IMG/VR virus record: IMGVR_UViG_3300028364_000026
Span: 1 to 64,000 of that record
DNA from: a virus
Direction: 5' to 3' (one strand)
Length of the DNA stretch: 64,000 bases
The notes below the pieces were generated by a model. That model did no database searches. It saw only the letters and a list, made by a program, of their open reading frames with translations, and was not told the DNA's origin. The translations under genes and the position numbers were made by a program. Shown here piece by piece: positions 1 to 10,245 of the stretch (position 1 is the first letter of the stretch; each line of letters opens with the position of its first letter).

Positions 1-83
1 ATTAAAAATATCATCGCATAATTACCAATTGGTAAATGTAAGTACCACTTACCTACTAAGGCTTCTTCTAAAAATTTTTTCAT
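1..83 (-). CDS. hypothetical protein, 5' part only (runs off window)
   Basis: ATG at 83 (MKKFLEEALVGKW...) preceded by the ATATTTAT motif at 100-107. Confidence 0.5.
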   Translation of the reverse strand, partial: MKKFLEEALVGKWYLHLPIGNYAMIFL

Positions 84-135
84 CTTACTTTAATTTATTA
101 TAAATATCTGGTATTATTTTTTTTTTTTAATTATT

Positions 136-657
136 TTATATCGCAAACCTAGTTATTCTTCGTATCCATATTGAGTTTAAATAAGTTTCTCCTGTATTAT
201 AAACAGTTATATGGTAAGCTGGAAAATTTATATCATTCTCAGCAGTTACAAAGGCTTCCATTCTATCACCAGGGCCTACTCCAACAGGAAATATGTCATA
301 AGCAAAGTTTAGTTCTGTAATAGCCGTACTTTCTGATGCACCGCCAACTATATAAGCTCTACTTCGCATATCGCCAGGACCTACTGGGTCTACTTTCATT
401 ACAAACTCTAAATCGTTACCAGTTTCATCCCAATTTATCGTTACATTCGCATCTGAAAAGACAGGTCTAGTGTCAACTGAATTTGAAATTTGGTAATAGA
501 AATTATCAACTGTTGCATTACCGCCACCCGATGGACCGCCTCCACCAGTTGAACTGATTACATTATTTACGATACTAATATTAGTACCTGCCGTTAACTG
601 GTCTTGTTTAGAACTTAAATCTACTTGACCAGCATTTATTTTTTTACTACTATTCAT
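136..657 (-). CDS. tail fibre-associated / virion structural protein
   Basis: LTAGTNISIVNNVISSTGGGG fibre-type segment, also seen in 901..2538; lies in the fibre cluster. Confidence 0.5.
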   Translation of the reverse strand: MNSSKKINAGQVDLSSKQDQLTAGTNISIVNNVISSTGGGGPSGGGNATVDNFYYQISNSVDTRPVFSDANVTINWDETGNDLEFVMKVDPVGPGDMRSRAYIVGGASESTAITELNFAYDIFPVGVGPGDRMEAFVTAENDINFPAYHITVYNTGETYLNSIWIRRITRFAI

Positions 658-904
658 TTCTTAGTTGTGTTTTACAAAGTTCAACATAATCGAAGTATTC
701 TTGAAATTCAACAGGTTTTGTTTCTTTTTGCCGTTGTATTGCCAGTTCGTCGTCTATGGAGTATCGCTTTCTGATTAGCGGTATTAGCTTGTGAATGGCT
801 TGAACGGTGTACGTATCTCCATCCTCGTTAAGGCTATAACTTTGAATGTCCCAATTCTCTAGTCCCGTTAAATCGGGCTGTCCGTTTAATTTATTTACTA
901 TCAT
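650..904 (-). CDS. small hypothetical protein, possible fibre assembly chaperone
   Basis: 84-aa ORF overlapping both neighbours in the fibre operon. Confidence 0.45.
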   Translation of the reverse strand: MIVNKLNGQPDLTGLENWDIQSYSLNEDGDTYTVQAIHKLIPLIRKRYSIDDELAIQRQKETKPVEFQEYFDYVELCKTQLRNE

Positions 905-2538
905 AATTCTAAATTTGCTATTTTGTAAGATTGAATTCTACTAGCCGATGAAACGTTAGAAATTAAAGCTATTCGGTTGTAATCAGCTGGCGTTACAAAT
1001 GTTGAGTTAAACTGCGAAACATTAACATCAATTCTTAATGCTGGATTGTCAAGAGATTGGACGACTAAAGATGAATTACCGCTCCTTCCTCTATTACCAT
1101 ATTTAATCACAAAATTTAGTCTGCTTCCTAAAAAAGAATCTTGCATCCCTCCTCCTGCGTACATTGTTTGCTGTGAAATTGAACCAATTGTAGTTGAAAC
1201 TCCATTTATCACAACAAACAAGCTATAATCCGCGTTAAAAGGTAGTTCAGTAAAAACGCTCCCTACACCTAGTGATTCAGATTTTGAAAATCTCCCAAAA
1301 GCAATATAATTGTTATCATCTTTAACTAGAGCAATTCCTGTCATTTGTCCACCCAGCGTGCTCCGTGACATACTGAATTCTATACCTATGTTTTTTGTAT
1401 TTGGAATAGTAAATATTGCAGAAGTTTCTATAAAGCCGTTATTCCCTGAAAAATTTTTATTCAAAATTTCTCCTCTATCTGCACCCCTCCATAAAGAATA
1501 AGTTTGACCGCTATCATTTACATTGATTGGATTTTCATTTGGTCTATCAAAACTATCCCAAGCTATTAGCTGCTTATTATCAAAAAATTTACTATCGGGT
1601 GCTTTTTGATAAATTGCTAAATTACGCATAAACTCCACCTCTGGAATACTCAAAAACTCGGCTCCATTTCCTCTCAAAATATTTCCTGCTGTTGGTATAT
1701 TCAATTCTGCATTAATAAGTGCATCAACTTCTGCCTTTGTATAACTAGGCGTAACACCACCAATATTTAATGCATAAATTACTACAATGAAGTCATCCTC
1801 GGTTAATGGGTCTAAAATCGTAAAGCCGTTAGTTCCATTTAAACTATATTGAGAATTTGATAGAGTAACTCCTTGTACAACTATAGCATATACTTGTGAG
1901 TAATTGCTGTTTAAAGTAAACGATTGTGAGTTTGTAAAATTGAATTCTTGTCTTAGTAATGAAACACCACTACCACCTCCACCAGTTGCACTGATTACAT
2001 CATTTGTGATATCTATCCCTGAACCAGCAGTTAATGTTTGAATATCATTAACCATTGCATAAGTACCAGATTTATTAGGTTTGGTGTGAATGTATGTAGC
2101 AGTTTGAGTAGGTGGTTCATTAATAACATTAATTGTGCTTATAAATCCATCATCCACTCTAATACTCTCTATCTTATCTGCAAATAAACTTACTGCATTA
2201 TCTGTATTTAAGTTAACAATTCCCATAGTATCTTTTGAGATAAAACCAATACTAGTTGAATCTGCTACTACGATTGGATTTGTTGTAGTGTTACCTATAT
2301 CAGTTACTTGTTGTAAGGTTGGGACACTAATAGTTAGTAATGAACCATCAGCCATTAAACTCTGATTAGACGTACCATTTGGGACCTTAAACATATCTGC
2401 GGTAAGTGGTCCGTAAACAGTTGTGTTGCTGTCTGAATTTACATTAAATAATGACCCTTGACTTCCTTGTATATCTAATATTATACCACCAGAACCAGTG
2501 ATAATTAGACCTTTTTTTATTTTAAATTCGTTTGCCAT
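901..2538 (-). CDS. tail fibre / receptor-binding-like protein
   Basis: Gly/Thr/Ser/Asn-rich; PTLQQVTDIGNTTTN and LTAGSGIDIT fibre-type segments; beta-rich C-terminal domain. Confidence 0.6.
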   Translation of the reverse strand: MANEFKIKKGLIITGSGGIILDIQGSQGSLFNVNSDSNTTVYGPLTADMFKVPNGTSNQSLMADGSLLTISVPTLQQVTDIGNTTTNPIVVADSTSIGFISKDTMGIVNLNTDNAVSLFADKIESIRVDDGFISTINVINEPPTQTATYIHTKPNKSGTYAMVNDIQTLTAGSGIDITNDVISATGGGGSGVSLLRQEFNFTNSQSFTLNSNYSQVYAIVVQGVTLSNSQYSLNGTNGFTILDPLTEDDFIVVIYALNIGGVTPSYTKAEVDALINAELNIPTAGNILRGNGAEFLSIPEVEFMRNLAIYQKAPDSKFFDNKQLIAWDSFDRPNENPINVNDSGQTYSLWRGADRGEILNKNFSGNNGFIETSAIFTIPNTKNIGIEFSMSRSTLGGQMTGIALVKDDNNYIAFGRFSKSESLGVGSVFTELPFNADYSLFVVINGVSTTIGSISQQTMYAGGGMQDSFLGSRLNFVIKYGNRGRSGNSSLVVQSLDNPALRIDVNVSQFNSTFVTPADYNRIALISNVSSASRIQSYKIANLEL

Positions 2539-2659
2539 TTTATAGTCCTTTTTTCATTTTCCAAAAGGTTATTTGGTTATTTATTATAAATAGTTAAATA
2601 ATTAGAATCAACTAAATTTAGTATAAGTTTATAATAAATTAGAACACATAATTATATCT

Positions 2660-3265
2660 TTATATTGCTCTAACTAAAGTCTTAATTTCCCAATTATTAG
2701 ATAGTGTTGTTGCCAATAATCTTATATTACCTGAAATTATATTTACTATCAATTCTACATCAGAAGTATTACCTAAATCGTTTGTTGATGTTTCTACATA
2801 TTCTACACTTGAACCATCATGCACCGCATAAACAGTTCCAGCTCTTACATTCGTACCTTTCTTAATAACAAAATCAAAAAAAACTGCCGTGTAAAGAGAT
2901 ATTGAAACTAATGCAATAATTTCAGTCCCAATACCAACATCCAAATTTTCTTGATTAGATAGATTTACTGAATTTATTAACACATCTCCTTTTACATCAA
3001 GAGTTGCATCTGGTAATAGGGTATTTATTCCTATTTTATTCTCATTTTCTGTAATAATACTATTAGTGATAGTATTGGTATCACTAAATTTTGGTATTTG
3101 ATTTGTTGTACCAGAAAGACCTCCAATTCCTCCAATATCAGATAACATTTCAGCCCCAGTTCTAGTTTTAACTACACCACCATCAGATACTAATATTTTA
3201 TCAGTATTTGTAGTAGCGGGGTTTAAAGCCTCTAATTGTATTTCACTCTTAAATTTTTGAGACAT
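2660..3265 (-). CDS. tail fibre-like structural protein
   Basis: GTTNQIPKF..IGINT..PDATLDVKGD segments typical of Bacteroidota-phage fibre proteins. Confidence 0.55.
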   Translation of the reverse strand: MSQKFKSEIQLEALNPATTNTDKILVSDGGVVKTRTGAEMLSDIGGIGGLSGTTNQIPKFSDTNTITNSIITENENKIGINTLLPDATLDVKGDVLINSVNLSNQENLDVGIGTEIIALVSISLYTAVFFDFVIKKGTNVRAGTVYAVHDGSSVEYVETSTNDLGNTSDVELIVNIISGNIRLLATTLSNNWEIKTLVRAI

Positions 3266-3280
3266 ATCTGTTTTAAATTA

Positions 3281-4663
3281 TTACCCTATTTTATTAACCA
3301 AAACTCTAATAGAGTTAGTTGGCGTATTTCCAAATGAAACAGTTACTGTACCAGTACTGGTTCTAACTACATCCGCATAAACTGTCTCATTAGTTACTAT
3401 ATCAAACAATTGGACAATAACATCTCTAGTTGACAATCCATGCGTTATTGTGGATGTACCAGTTATTGTTGTAGCATAGCTAGATACAACCACAGCAGGT
3501 AAAGTTACGGTTTTTGTGTTAACTGCCGTAATGTGACCTTCTGGTGTAGTAGTTATCGAATCAATTGCCGTGAATGTACCTCCAGCGGATGGTGACACAT
3601 TATTAGTCGGATTCGTTCTTGCTATGGTAGCATGGTTAATAGTTACCGTACTATCTCCAGCTTGGTTTGCTGTAAATGAACCCCCACCAGCTAAAGCTGT
3701 ACCAGCTGACACGTTTAATGCACCATTACCAATATTACTTGTTAAGGCAACCGTTCCACTAGCATCTGGTAAAATAATTGTTCTGTCAGCAGTAACTGTT
3801 GTGGCTAATAACGTGATTTCATTTTCATCAGCCACATCACCCTCAAACACCACACCGTTTGCAGTAGAAACTATTTCCACATTATTTGTTGTGGTTGTTC
3901 CAATAACTTGTAAGTTACCAGTAACAACTAAGTTATTAGGTATCCCAATAGTTATCACACCAGCAGCATGAGTTACTTCAATTTCATTTGTAGTACCAAC
4001 TATACTAACTGAATCAGTAGTCGCATTTGCACCAATTAAATTTAATGCACTACCACCAGAAACTAAAGTGTTAGTTAAATCATAAATTGTGTCAGTATTT
4101 AGTGACGTTATAGTTATAGTATCGGTAGTGGCGTTAGTTGTAATAGTTACATTACCACCAGAAACAAAGGTTAAGGTATCGTTGTTATTATCTGCAATAA
4201 TATTGCTTTGACCAGCAACAGCTATATTTTTAAATATATTTTGAGAAGAACCTAAATCAGAGTTAGTAATAATAGGGTTAGTTGCCGTACCAGTTACTGA
4301 TATTCCAACACCTTGAGTAATGCTTCTTACATTATCTAACGCTTCTATATAATCAAACAATAAATCAGCTGTTACAAGACCAGTACCACCATTAGCTACT
4401 ACTGTAGCGATATCTAATGACATCGTTACATCACCTGTGGTACCATTTGTTATAATTAACCTTGATTCTGTCGTACTTATTCTAGTTATATCCCCAACTG
4501 GGACCCAACTTGTTCCATTATATAAATAAATTAATTTTAAGTTCTCACCACTATTATAGTAAATTTGACCTTCAACTGGTGTTAATGGTGGTGTACCTAA
4601 AGGTTGGATTACCGCATTCTGTAATTGATTCTTACTTAAATCGATATTAGTTAAAAAAATCAT
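3281..4663 (-). CDS. tail fibre-like structural protein
   Basis: N-terminal P..PVEGQIYYN..W motif, Thr/Gly-rich shaft, C-terminal TITHGL..DVIVQ domain. Confidence 0.6.
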   Translation of the reverse strand: MIFLTNIDLSKNQLQNAVIQPLGTPPLTPVEGQIYYNSGENLKLIYLYNGTSWVPVGDITRISTTESRLIITNGTTGDVTMSLDIATVVANGGTGLVTADLLFDYIEALDNVRSITQGVGISVTGTATNPIITNSDLGSSQNIFKNIAVAGQSNIIADNNNDTLTFVSGGNVTITTNATTDTITITSLNTDTIYDLTNTLVSGGSALNLIGANATTDSVSIVGTTNEIEVTHAAGVITIGIPNNLVVTGNLQVIGTTTTNNVEIVSTANGVVFEGDVADENEITLLATTVTADRTIILPDASGTVALTSNIGNGALNVSAGTALAGGGSFTANQAGDSTVTINHATIARTNPTNNVSPSAGGTFTAIDSITTTPEGHITAVNTKTVTLPAVVVSSYATTITGTSTITHGLSTRDVIVQLFDIVTNETVYADVVRTSTGTVTVSFGNTPTNSIRVLVNKIG

Positions 4664-4694
4664 TATTTTTTATTTTTATTAGTATTATTATTAT

Positions 4695-5300
4695 TTAATT
4701 AAAAAACGCTTTTCCCGAAAAAGTTGCATTAAAACTTAATGTTATTAAATTTAAATCTACATAATTAATTTCACCAATTACAACATTATTCCCTGAATCT
4801 ACTACAATAACAGAAGGATATTTACCAAGATTATGTGTTATCTCCCAAACAGTTTGTGCTACATTTTGTGTGTGAACATAATTTTTATCGTTCACCAAGT
4901 CTTCTGAAGTGATAAAAGGTGTTTGACCATCAGAACCATCATTAATTAACTGTGATGTATTCTTAATTTCTTCATTATCCTCAAATAATAACTTTAATTC
5001 TGATATCGTAACTAAAGACAATAAACCACCGACAAAATCTTTTAAAATCCAAACTTGTTTATTATCACCTTCAACTATTTCAAAGTAGTAGTTTTCAAAT
5101 TCCTCAATTATTAACTCTGGGTTAGTCTGATTTAAAAAGAACAATAAGACTTCAGGTGTAACCTCACTAAGGTTATTCAATCCCAAATCAACCAAATCAT
5201 ATGTTAATACTTTATTATTTGATAAAAAAGTATTTTCACCATCATCTTTTTGGATTATAAAGGTTTGATTTATATCAGAAGTGTTAAAAAAATATCCCAT
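4695..5300 (-). CDS. virion structural protein (fibre/baseplate accessory)
   Basis: C-terminal YVHTQ..WEITHNLGKYPSV domain related to the C-terminus of 3281..4663. Confidence 0.5.
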   Translation of the reverse strand: MGYFFNTSDINQTFIIQKDDGENTFLSNNKVLTYDLVDLGLNNLSEVTPEVLLFFLNQTNPELIIEEFENYYFEIVEGDNKQVWILKDFVGGLLSLVTISELKLLFEDNEEIKNTSQLINDGSDGQTPFITSEDLVNDKNYVHTQNVAQTVWEITHNLGKYPSVIVVDSGNNVVIGEINYVDLNLITLSFNATFSGKAFFN

Positions 5301-6367
5301 TATTTTGTGCTACCAATTATTTTAAATGCCCCAAGTAAATTATGGTTTATTTTATTTATTTTTATTTTTATAGTGTCATTAACTTTAAATACTAACGGTG
5401 TTGTGATAATGGTTCCAAAAAATACTTGAATATCGTTAACTGTTACAGTAAAATCTTTAATGTTTTCTAAATTAGTTACCTTTGTAAACACCGCACCATA
5501 CTCTGTAATGAATCTAAAATTTAACCTTGTATTTGGTTCAAAAACAAAAGCAAACCTAACCACGTTACCTCTTTTTGACGATTTTAAAACACCTAACCCT
5601 TCATTAAATTTTTCTTCGATTAATTCTGTTGTTAAAACACTTCTATTCAATGTTGGAACAACTTCAAAGTCTTCCTCATCTAATATATATCCCAATAATT
5701 TCATTTCGAACAACTGAACGTAAAATCTTCTATTCTCAAAGTCTTCAATATTACTTTCATCACCAATTGATTCTAACACTAAAGGCATTGGGTGTCCGTT
5801 CACATTAATATACGATTGTTTAGATTGAAATTCTCTTTGTACTTTCCTATTAAACCTATTCAATTCTTTCATTTTTCCAGTAAAAATCCTAACCTCATAG
5901 GTTAAATCTACTGATGTTGGTTGTGGAATCTTATATAAATCAATACCATGTCTAACACCATCCCAAGTAGGAACCTTCATAAACGTATAGGTTCTACTAA
6001 CTGGAATATTCCATAAACCAGCTTGGTTTTGACCTTGCTGAATATCTGGTCTTCTAACAACAGTAATAAATGGCATCTTTATGTTCTTATACTTATCGGT
6101 AAAGGACCATGTCTTAGTAAATTCAGACCATCTTTGTATCGTTAAAAAAATCACTGGTACTTTTTCTCCTTCAACTGAGATAGACAAACCATTTGCATCG
6201 TCCATATATTCAATGAAGGATTCATCCATATCTTCTTCCAATACACCCTTGGGTAAATAAGCATCTTTATCGACAATATTTTCTAATATTTCTAGTCTTC
6301 TATCTGGACCTATTTTTTCATTTTTAATATTGATATTGGTCAAATATCCTTTAGGCATTGCACACAT
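5300..6367 (-). CDS. tail completion / sheath terminator, T4 gp15-like
   Basis: PQPTSVDLTYEVRIF resembles the gp15 PVPY..x.FEL pattern; directly follows the gp14-like gene. Confidence 0.55.
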   Translation of the reverse strand: MCAMPKGYLTNINIKNEKIGPDRRLEILENIVDKDAYLPKGVLEEDMDESFIEYMDDANGLSISVEGEKVPVIFLTIQRWSEFTKTWSFTDKYKNIKMPFITVVRRPDIQQGQNQAGLWNIPVSRTYTFMKVPTWDGVRHGIDLYKIPQPTSVDLTYEVRIFTGKMKELNRFNRKVQREFQSKQSYINVNGHPMPLVLESIGDESNIEDFENRRFYVQLFEMKLLGYILDEEDFEVVPTLNRSVLTTELIEEKFNEGLGVLKSSKRGNVVRFAFVFEPNTRLNFRFITEYGAVFTKVTNLENIKDFTVTVNDIQVFFGTIITTPLVFKVNDTIKIKINKINHNLLGAFKIIGSTK

Positions 6368-6384
6368 AATATCTTAATTTTTTT

Positions 6385-6903
6385 TTAAACTCCTTGAAAC
6401 TCATTAGCATCAACACTAGCACAAAGAACTGTTCTGAACGCTCCTTTATAACCCATTATAGTATGCTTATTATCATAATTTTTAACGCCATCATTAACTA
6501 CACTGAAATATCTTATTTCAGTTTCAGTAACTGGATAGCCAATGTAATCACCATAGCTTAATGTTGTCTCTAGTTCTAATAATTGAGCTTCATAAATACC
6601 AAAAGTTAATCTTCCATCATCTAAATACCTAAGACTACCATTCTTACTATAAGTTTTATTCTCTGCTTCGGCTAACATTGGAACAACTTTAAGTTCTATT
6701 GGTGGGAAAAATCTAATACCATCCTTTGAAGCTTCACCATAAAGACTATCAAATTCACTCATTTGTCTATCTACTCGATATAAAATTAAGGTGAAATTTC
6801 CATCCCCTTCAGTAGCTTCCCTTCCCATTTCTATCTCAAAATTAAAATCTGTTTCACTGAACCACTTATTTACTCTAGTTATCGGGGTTATAGGTTTACT
6901 CAT
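6385..6903 (-). CDS. head completion / neck protein, T4 gp14-like
   Basis: DSLYGEA and YGDYI motifs, size and position. Confidence 0.6.
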   Translation of the reverse strand: MSKPITPITRVNKWFSETDFNFEIEMGREATEGDGNFTLILYRVDRQMSEFDSLYGEASKDGIRFFPPIELKVVPMLAEAENKTYSKNGSLRYLDDGRLTFGIYEAQLLELETTLSYGDYIGYPVTETEIRYFSVVNDGVKNYDNKHTIMGYKGAFRTVLCASVDANEFQGV

Positions 6904-7074
6904 ATTTACTTATTAATTTAAGGTTATTTATTATTCACATATAGTACTATTTACGAGAATATATGTTCGTTTAATTATAAATATTTATATTTTCATTAAT
7001 AATCAAAAACTATTGATTTTAATTAAAATATTTAGTATATTTAACTAAAATTATATAAAGTAAATAATTACACT

Positions 7075-9927
7075 TTGATAAATATAGATAATTTAAGAGG
7101 GCGTTCAGCAACTACTCTATTAGAAAAATATGAAGGGGTTAATCCTTATATTCAAAAATTAAAACTAGAATATAAAAAAAACCTTAAATTAGTTTTAACG
7201 GACAACCAATCAAAATATATTGAAGACAATTATGAGTCAGAACCTATATTTATAAATCGAGTTATTGGTATAACACCGTATTTGGGTGAAGAACTAAAAA
7301 ATAAATATGGTGTTTCTTTTATACCAGAAAAAATATTAGTTGAATTTATTTTAGCTGAAACAGAAAAAACGTTTCATGTCTATGGAAAACTAAAGCGTAA
7401 TCAATTAGAATCTAGAATGTATTGGATTCCAAAAACACAACTATTAGAAGACCCTTATTTTGAAGAATTACCAGTAAATGTAGACTTCACCAAATACAAC
7501 AATATATTATCCGAGATGGGTAAAAAATTATATAACCACCAAGAAGATGGAATTAAGTTTTTATTGGCTAGAAAGGGCTGTATTTTAGCTGATGACATGG
7601 GTTTAGGTAAAACTATATCATCAATTATTGCAGCACTAGAATCTGGTGCTAAAAAGATATTAATTGTTTGCCCTTCATCAACAAAAATTAATTGGGAAAG
7701 AGAAATCAACATTTTTTGTCAAGACACTGCAATAGTTGAGGGTAAAAAATGGAAAGAAGCAAAATTCACTATTATTAATTTTGATGTTTTAAAAAACTTT
7801 CACACTTTAGTGGACAATAGAAAAAAAGACGAAGAAGGTGTTGTTTTATCAAGAGAATTGGTTAATGCTGGTTTTGACCTATGTATAATTGATGAGGCTC
7901 ATTATTTAAAGAACAATGATAGTATTCGAGGTAAAATAATGGTCGAATTAAGTACAAAACATAATCTTGATAGAGTTTGGTTATTAACTGGTACCCCAGT
8001 AGCCAATAGACCGATGGATTTCTTTAACTTATTAAAAATAATTAAATCTCCAATTGCAAATAATTGGAAACACTTTGCTGTTAGATATTGTGAAGGTCGT
8101 CAATTCTTTAGAGTTCTTAAAAGCGGCATGAGAAAACAAATTTGGTTAACCGATGGAGCTTCTAACTTAGAAGAACTTGCTAATAAGACTAAAAACATCA
8201 TTATAAGACGTTTAAAAACAGAAGTTTTGGATATGCCAGATAAAATTGTTTCACCGATGCACCATGTGTTAGATAGTAAAGGAGTTAAACTTTATGATGA
8301 ATTGTGGGATGATTATTTAGTTAAAAGAGCCAGTGAAGGTAAAAAAACAAAGGACTTACAAAAGGAATTAGTTGAACTTATTTTACTTAGAAAATTCATT
8401 GCGATTCAAGCAATACCATATACTATTGAAATGGCAGAAAATGCGATTGAAATGGGTCGGAAAGTAATTATATTCACAAATTTTACTGAAGAGTTAGAAA
8501 TAATTACAAATCATTTCGGAAAATTAGCGGTAAAACATAATGGTTTAATGACTACAAAACAAAAACAAACATCCGTTGATAATTTCCAAACCAAACCAAA
8601 GGTCAAAGTTTTTGTTGGGAACATTAAATCTGCTGGTGTTGGTATTACTCTAACAGAAGCGACTGTAGTTATTTTTAACTCATTTGATTGGGTAAGTGGT
8701 AACAATGAACAAGCTGAGGATAGATGTGTTTTTGGTGGACAATTAGTTATGACAAATAATGGTTATAAATTAATTGAAGATATTGAAATAAATGATTATG
8801 TGTATACACATAATGGTAATTTTAAAAAAGTAGTTGATACACACACACATTTAGAACGTAAAAAAACTAGAGTCGATATTAATGCGTTAGGTTATAATTT
8901 TCCTTTAAGCTTAACTAATGACCATAAAGTTTATGTTTACAATAACACAACCGAAAACTTCGAATGGATTGAGTGTGGTTTGTTAGATATCAATAAGCAT
9001 AGTTTAACCTTAAAATCAAATAAGCAACCTAAAAAAAGAAAAGAAACTTTAGAAGTAATTAATTACTACAATAACACGGTTGATAATAACTTTGAAGTTA
9101 AACAAAAAAATTCTAGGTCAAAGTTGTTACCAGAAAATGTAGAATTAACTAATGATTTATTATATGCTTTTGGTTTTTTTATTGCTAATGGTTGGATTAA
9201 TGATATATCCGAAACAAAATATAATATAGTTAGTGTTTGTCAAAAAATAGATGATAAAAAAAGATATGATGCGGCTAAATACATTATCGATATCTTCAAA
9301 AAAAGTTTTAACCTTAATAAACATTCAGAGTATATCGATAAAGATAATACTAAAACATGTACTATACGCTCTAAAAATCTAGTGACAAATTTTATAAATT
9401 GGTTCGGTAAAGGTGTTGAAAATAAACAATTACCAAGTTGGGTTGATGAGTTGAGTGATGAACAATTAAGATATTTATTAGAAGGGTATTATCATGGTGA
9501 TGGGAACAAAATAAAAAACACACATGAAACTACAACAGTATCAAATAAATTAGGTTCACAATTAATTAGATATAACACTGATTTAACACTTAATAGAAAT
9601 AAAATAATAAAAATAGATGATTATATTATCTATCCTATAAAAAGTTTACATATAAGTAAACCAAAAAGAGGCGAAGAAAGAGTTTATGATTTATCAGTTG
9701 AAGGAGACCATTCGTTTGTTGTTGGAAACTATAACGTACATAACTGTTTTAGGATTGGACAAAAAAATGATGTCAGTGTATATTACCAGTTATTCGATAA
9801 CACCATATCAACTAGAATGTGGTCGGTATTAAAGAATAAAAAAGAAATAATAAATATAATTATAGGTGATACAACATTGAGTGATGAAGAAAAAACAAAC
9901 CTATTAATTGATGGTTTAATAAAATAA
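7075..9927 (+). CDS. SNF2/SMARCAL1-like SF2 helicase with intein
   Basis: LADDMGLGKT Walker A, DEAH, LTGTP, QAEDR|C FRIGQ motif VI split by an intein. Confidence 0.93.
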   Translation: MINIDNLRGRSATTLLEKYEGVNPYIQKLKLEYKKNLKLVLTDNQSKYIEDNYESEPIFINRVIGITPYLGEELKNKYGVSFIPEKILVEFILAETEKTFHVYGKLKRNQLESRMYWIPKTQLLEDPYFEELPVNVDFTKYNNILSEMGKKLYNHQEDGIKFLLARKGCILADDMGLGKTISSIIAALESGAKKILIVCPSSTKINWEREINIFCQDTAIVEGKKWKEAKFTIINFDVLKNFHTLVDNRKKDEEGVVLSRELVNAGFDLCIIDEAHYLKNNDSIRGKIMVELSTKHNLDRVWLLTGTPVANRPMDFFNLLKIIKSPIANNWKHFAVRYCEGRQFFRVLKSGMRKQIWLTDGASNLEELANKTKNIIIRRLKTEVLDMPDKIVSPMHHVLDSKGVKLYDELWDDYLVKRASEGKKTKDLQKELVELILLRKFIAIQAIPYTIEMAENAIEMGRKVIIFTNFTEELEIITNHFGKLAVKHNGLMTTKQKQTSVDNFQTKPKVKVFVGNIKSAGVGITLTEATVVIFNSFDWVSGNNEQAEDRCVFGGQLVMTNNGYKLIEDIEINDYVYTHNGNFKKVVDTHTHLERKKTRVDINALGYNFPLSLTNDHKVYVYNNTTENFEWIECGLLDINKHSLTLKSNKQPKKRKETLEVINYYNNTVDNNFEVKQKNSRSKLLPENVELTNDLLYAFGFFIANGWINDISETKYNIVSVCQKIDDKKRYDAAKYIIDIFKKSFNLNKHSEYIDKDNTKTCTIRSKNLVTNFINWFGKGVENKQLPSWVDELSDEQLRYLLEGYYHGDGNKIKNTHETTTVSNKLGSQLIRYNTDLTLNRNKIIKIDDYIIYPIKSLHISKPKRGEERVYDLSVEGDHSFVVGNYNVHNCFRIGQKNDVSVYYQLFDNTISTRMWSVLKNKKEIINIIIGDTTLSDEEKTNLLIDGLIK
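8725..9744 (+). mobile_element. intein (340 aa) with LAGLIDADG-type endonuclease remnant, in helicase motif VI
   Basis: starts CVFGGQLV, ends VGNYNVHN before Cys+1; block B LTNDHKV; FGFFIANG and EGYYHGDG motifs. Confidence 0.93.
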
Positions 9928-9954
9928 AATAAAATAAAATAATAAATTAATAAA

Positions 9955-10209
9955 ATGGTAACAATATACACATTTCCAGAATGTCCTTACTGCAATACTT
10001 TAAAAGGGTATTACACAAAAGAAAATATTGAATACAAAGAAGTAAATGTAGAACTAAAAGAAAATGAAGAGGAATGGAAAAAAATTTCAGAACTTTCAAA
10101 ATCTGAAATGGTACCTCTAATTAAAGTAAACAAACAATTACTTGTTGCAAATGTTTCTTTTAAAACAATAGAAGAAGCTGTTGAAGTAACTAAGAAATTT
10201 TTAGAATAA
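9955..10209 (+). CDS. glutaredoxin / NrdH-like redoxin
   Basis: IYT..CPYC and VP motifs, 84 aa. Confidence 0.9.
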   Translation: MVTIYTFPECPYCNTLKGYYTKENIEYKEVNVELKENEEEWKKISELSKSEMVPLIKVNKQLLVANVSFKTIEEAVEVTKKFLE

Positions 10210-10245
10210 TTGATTAAAGTTTTATATTTACTATAAAACAACATT

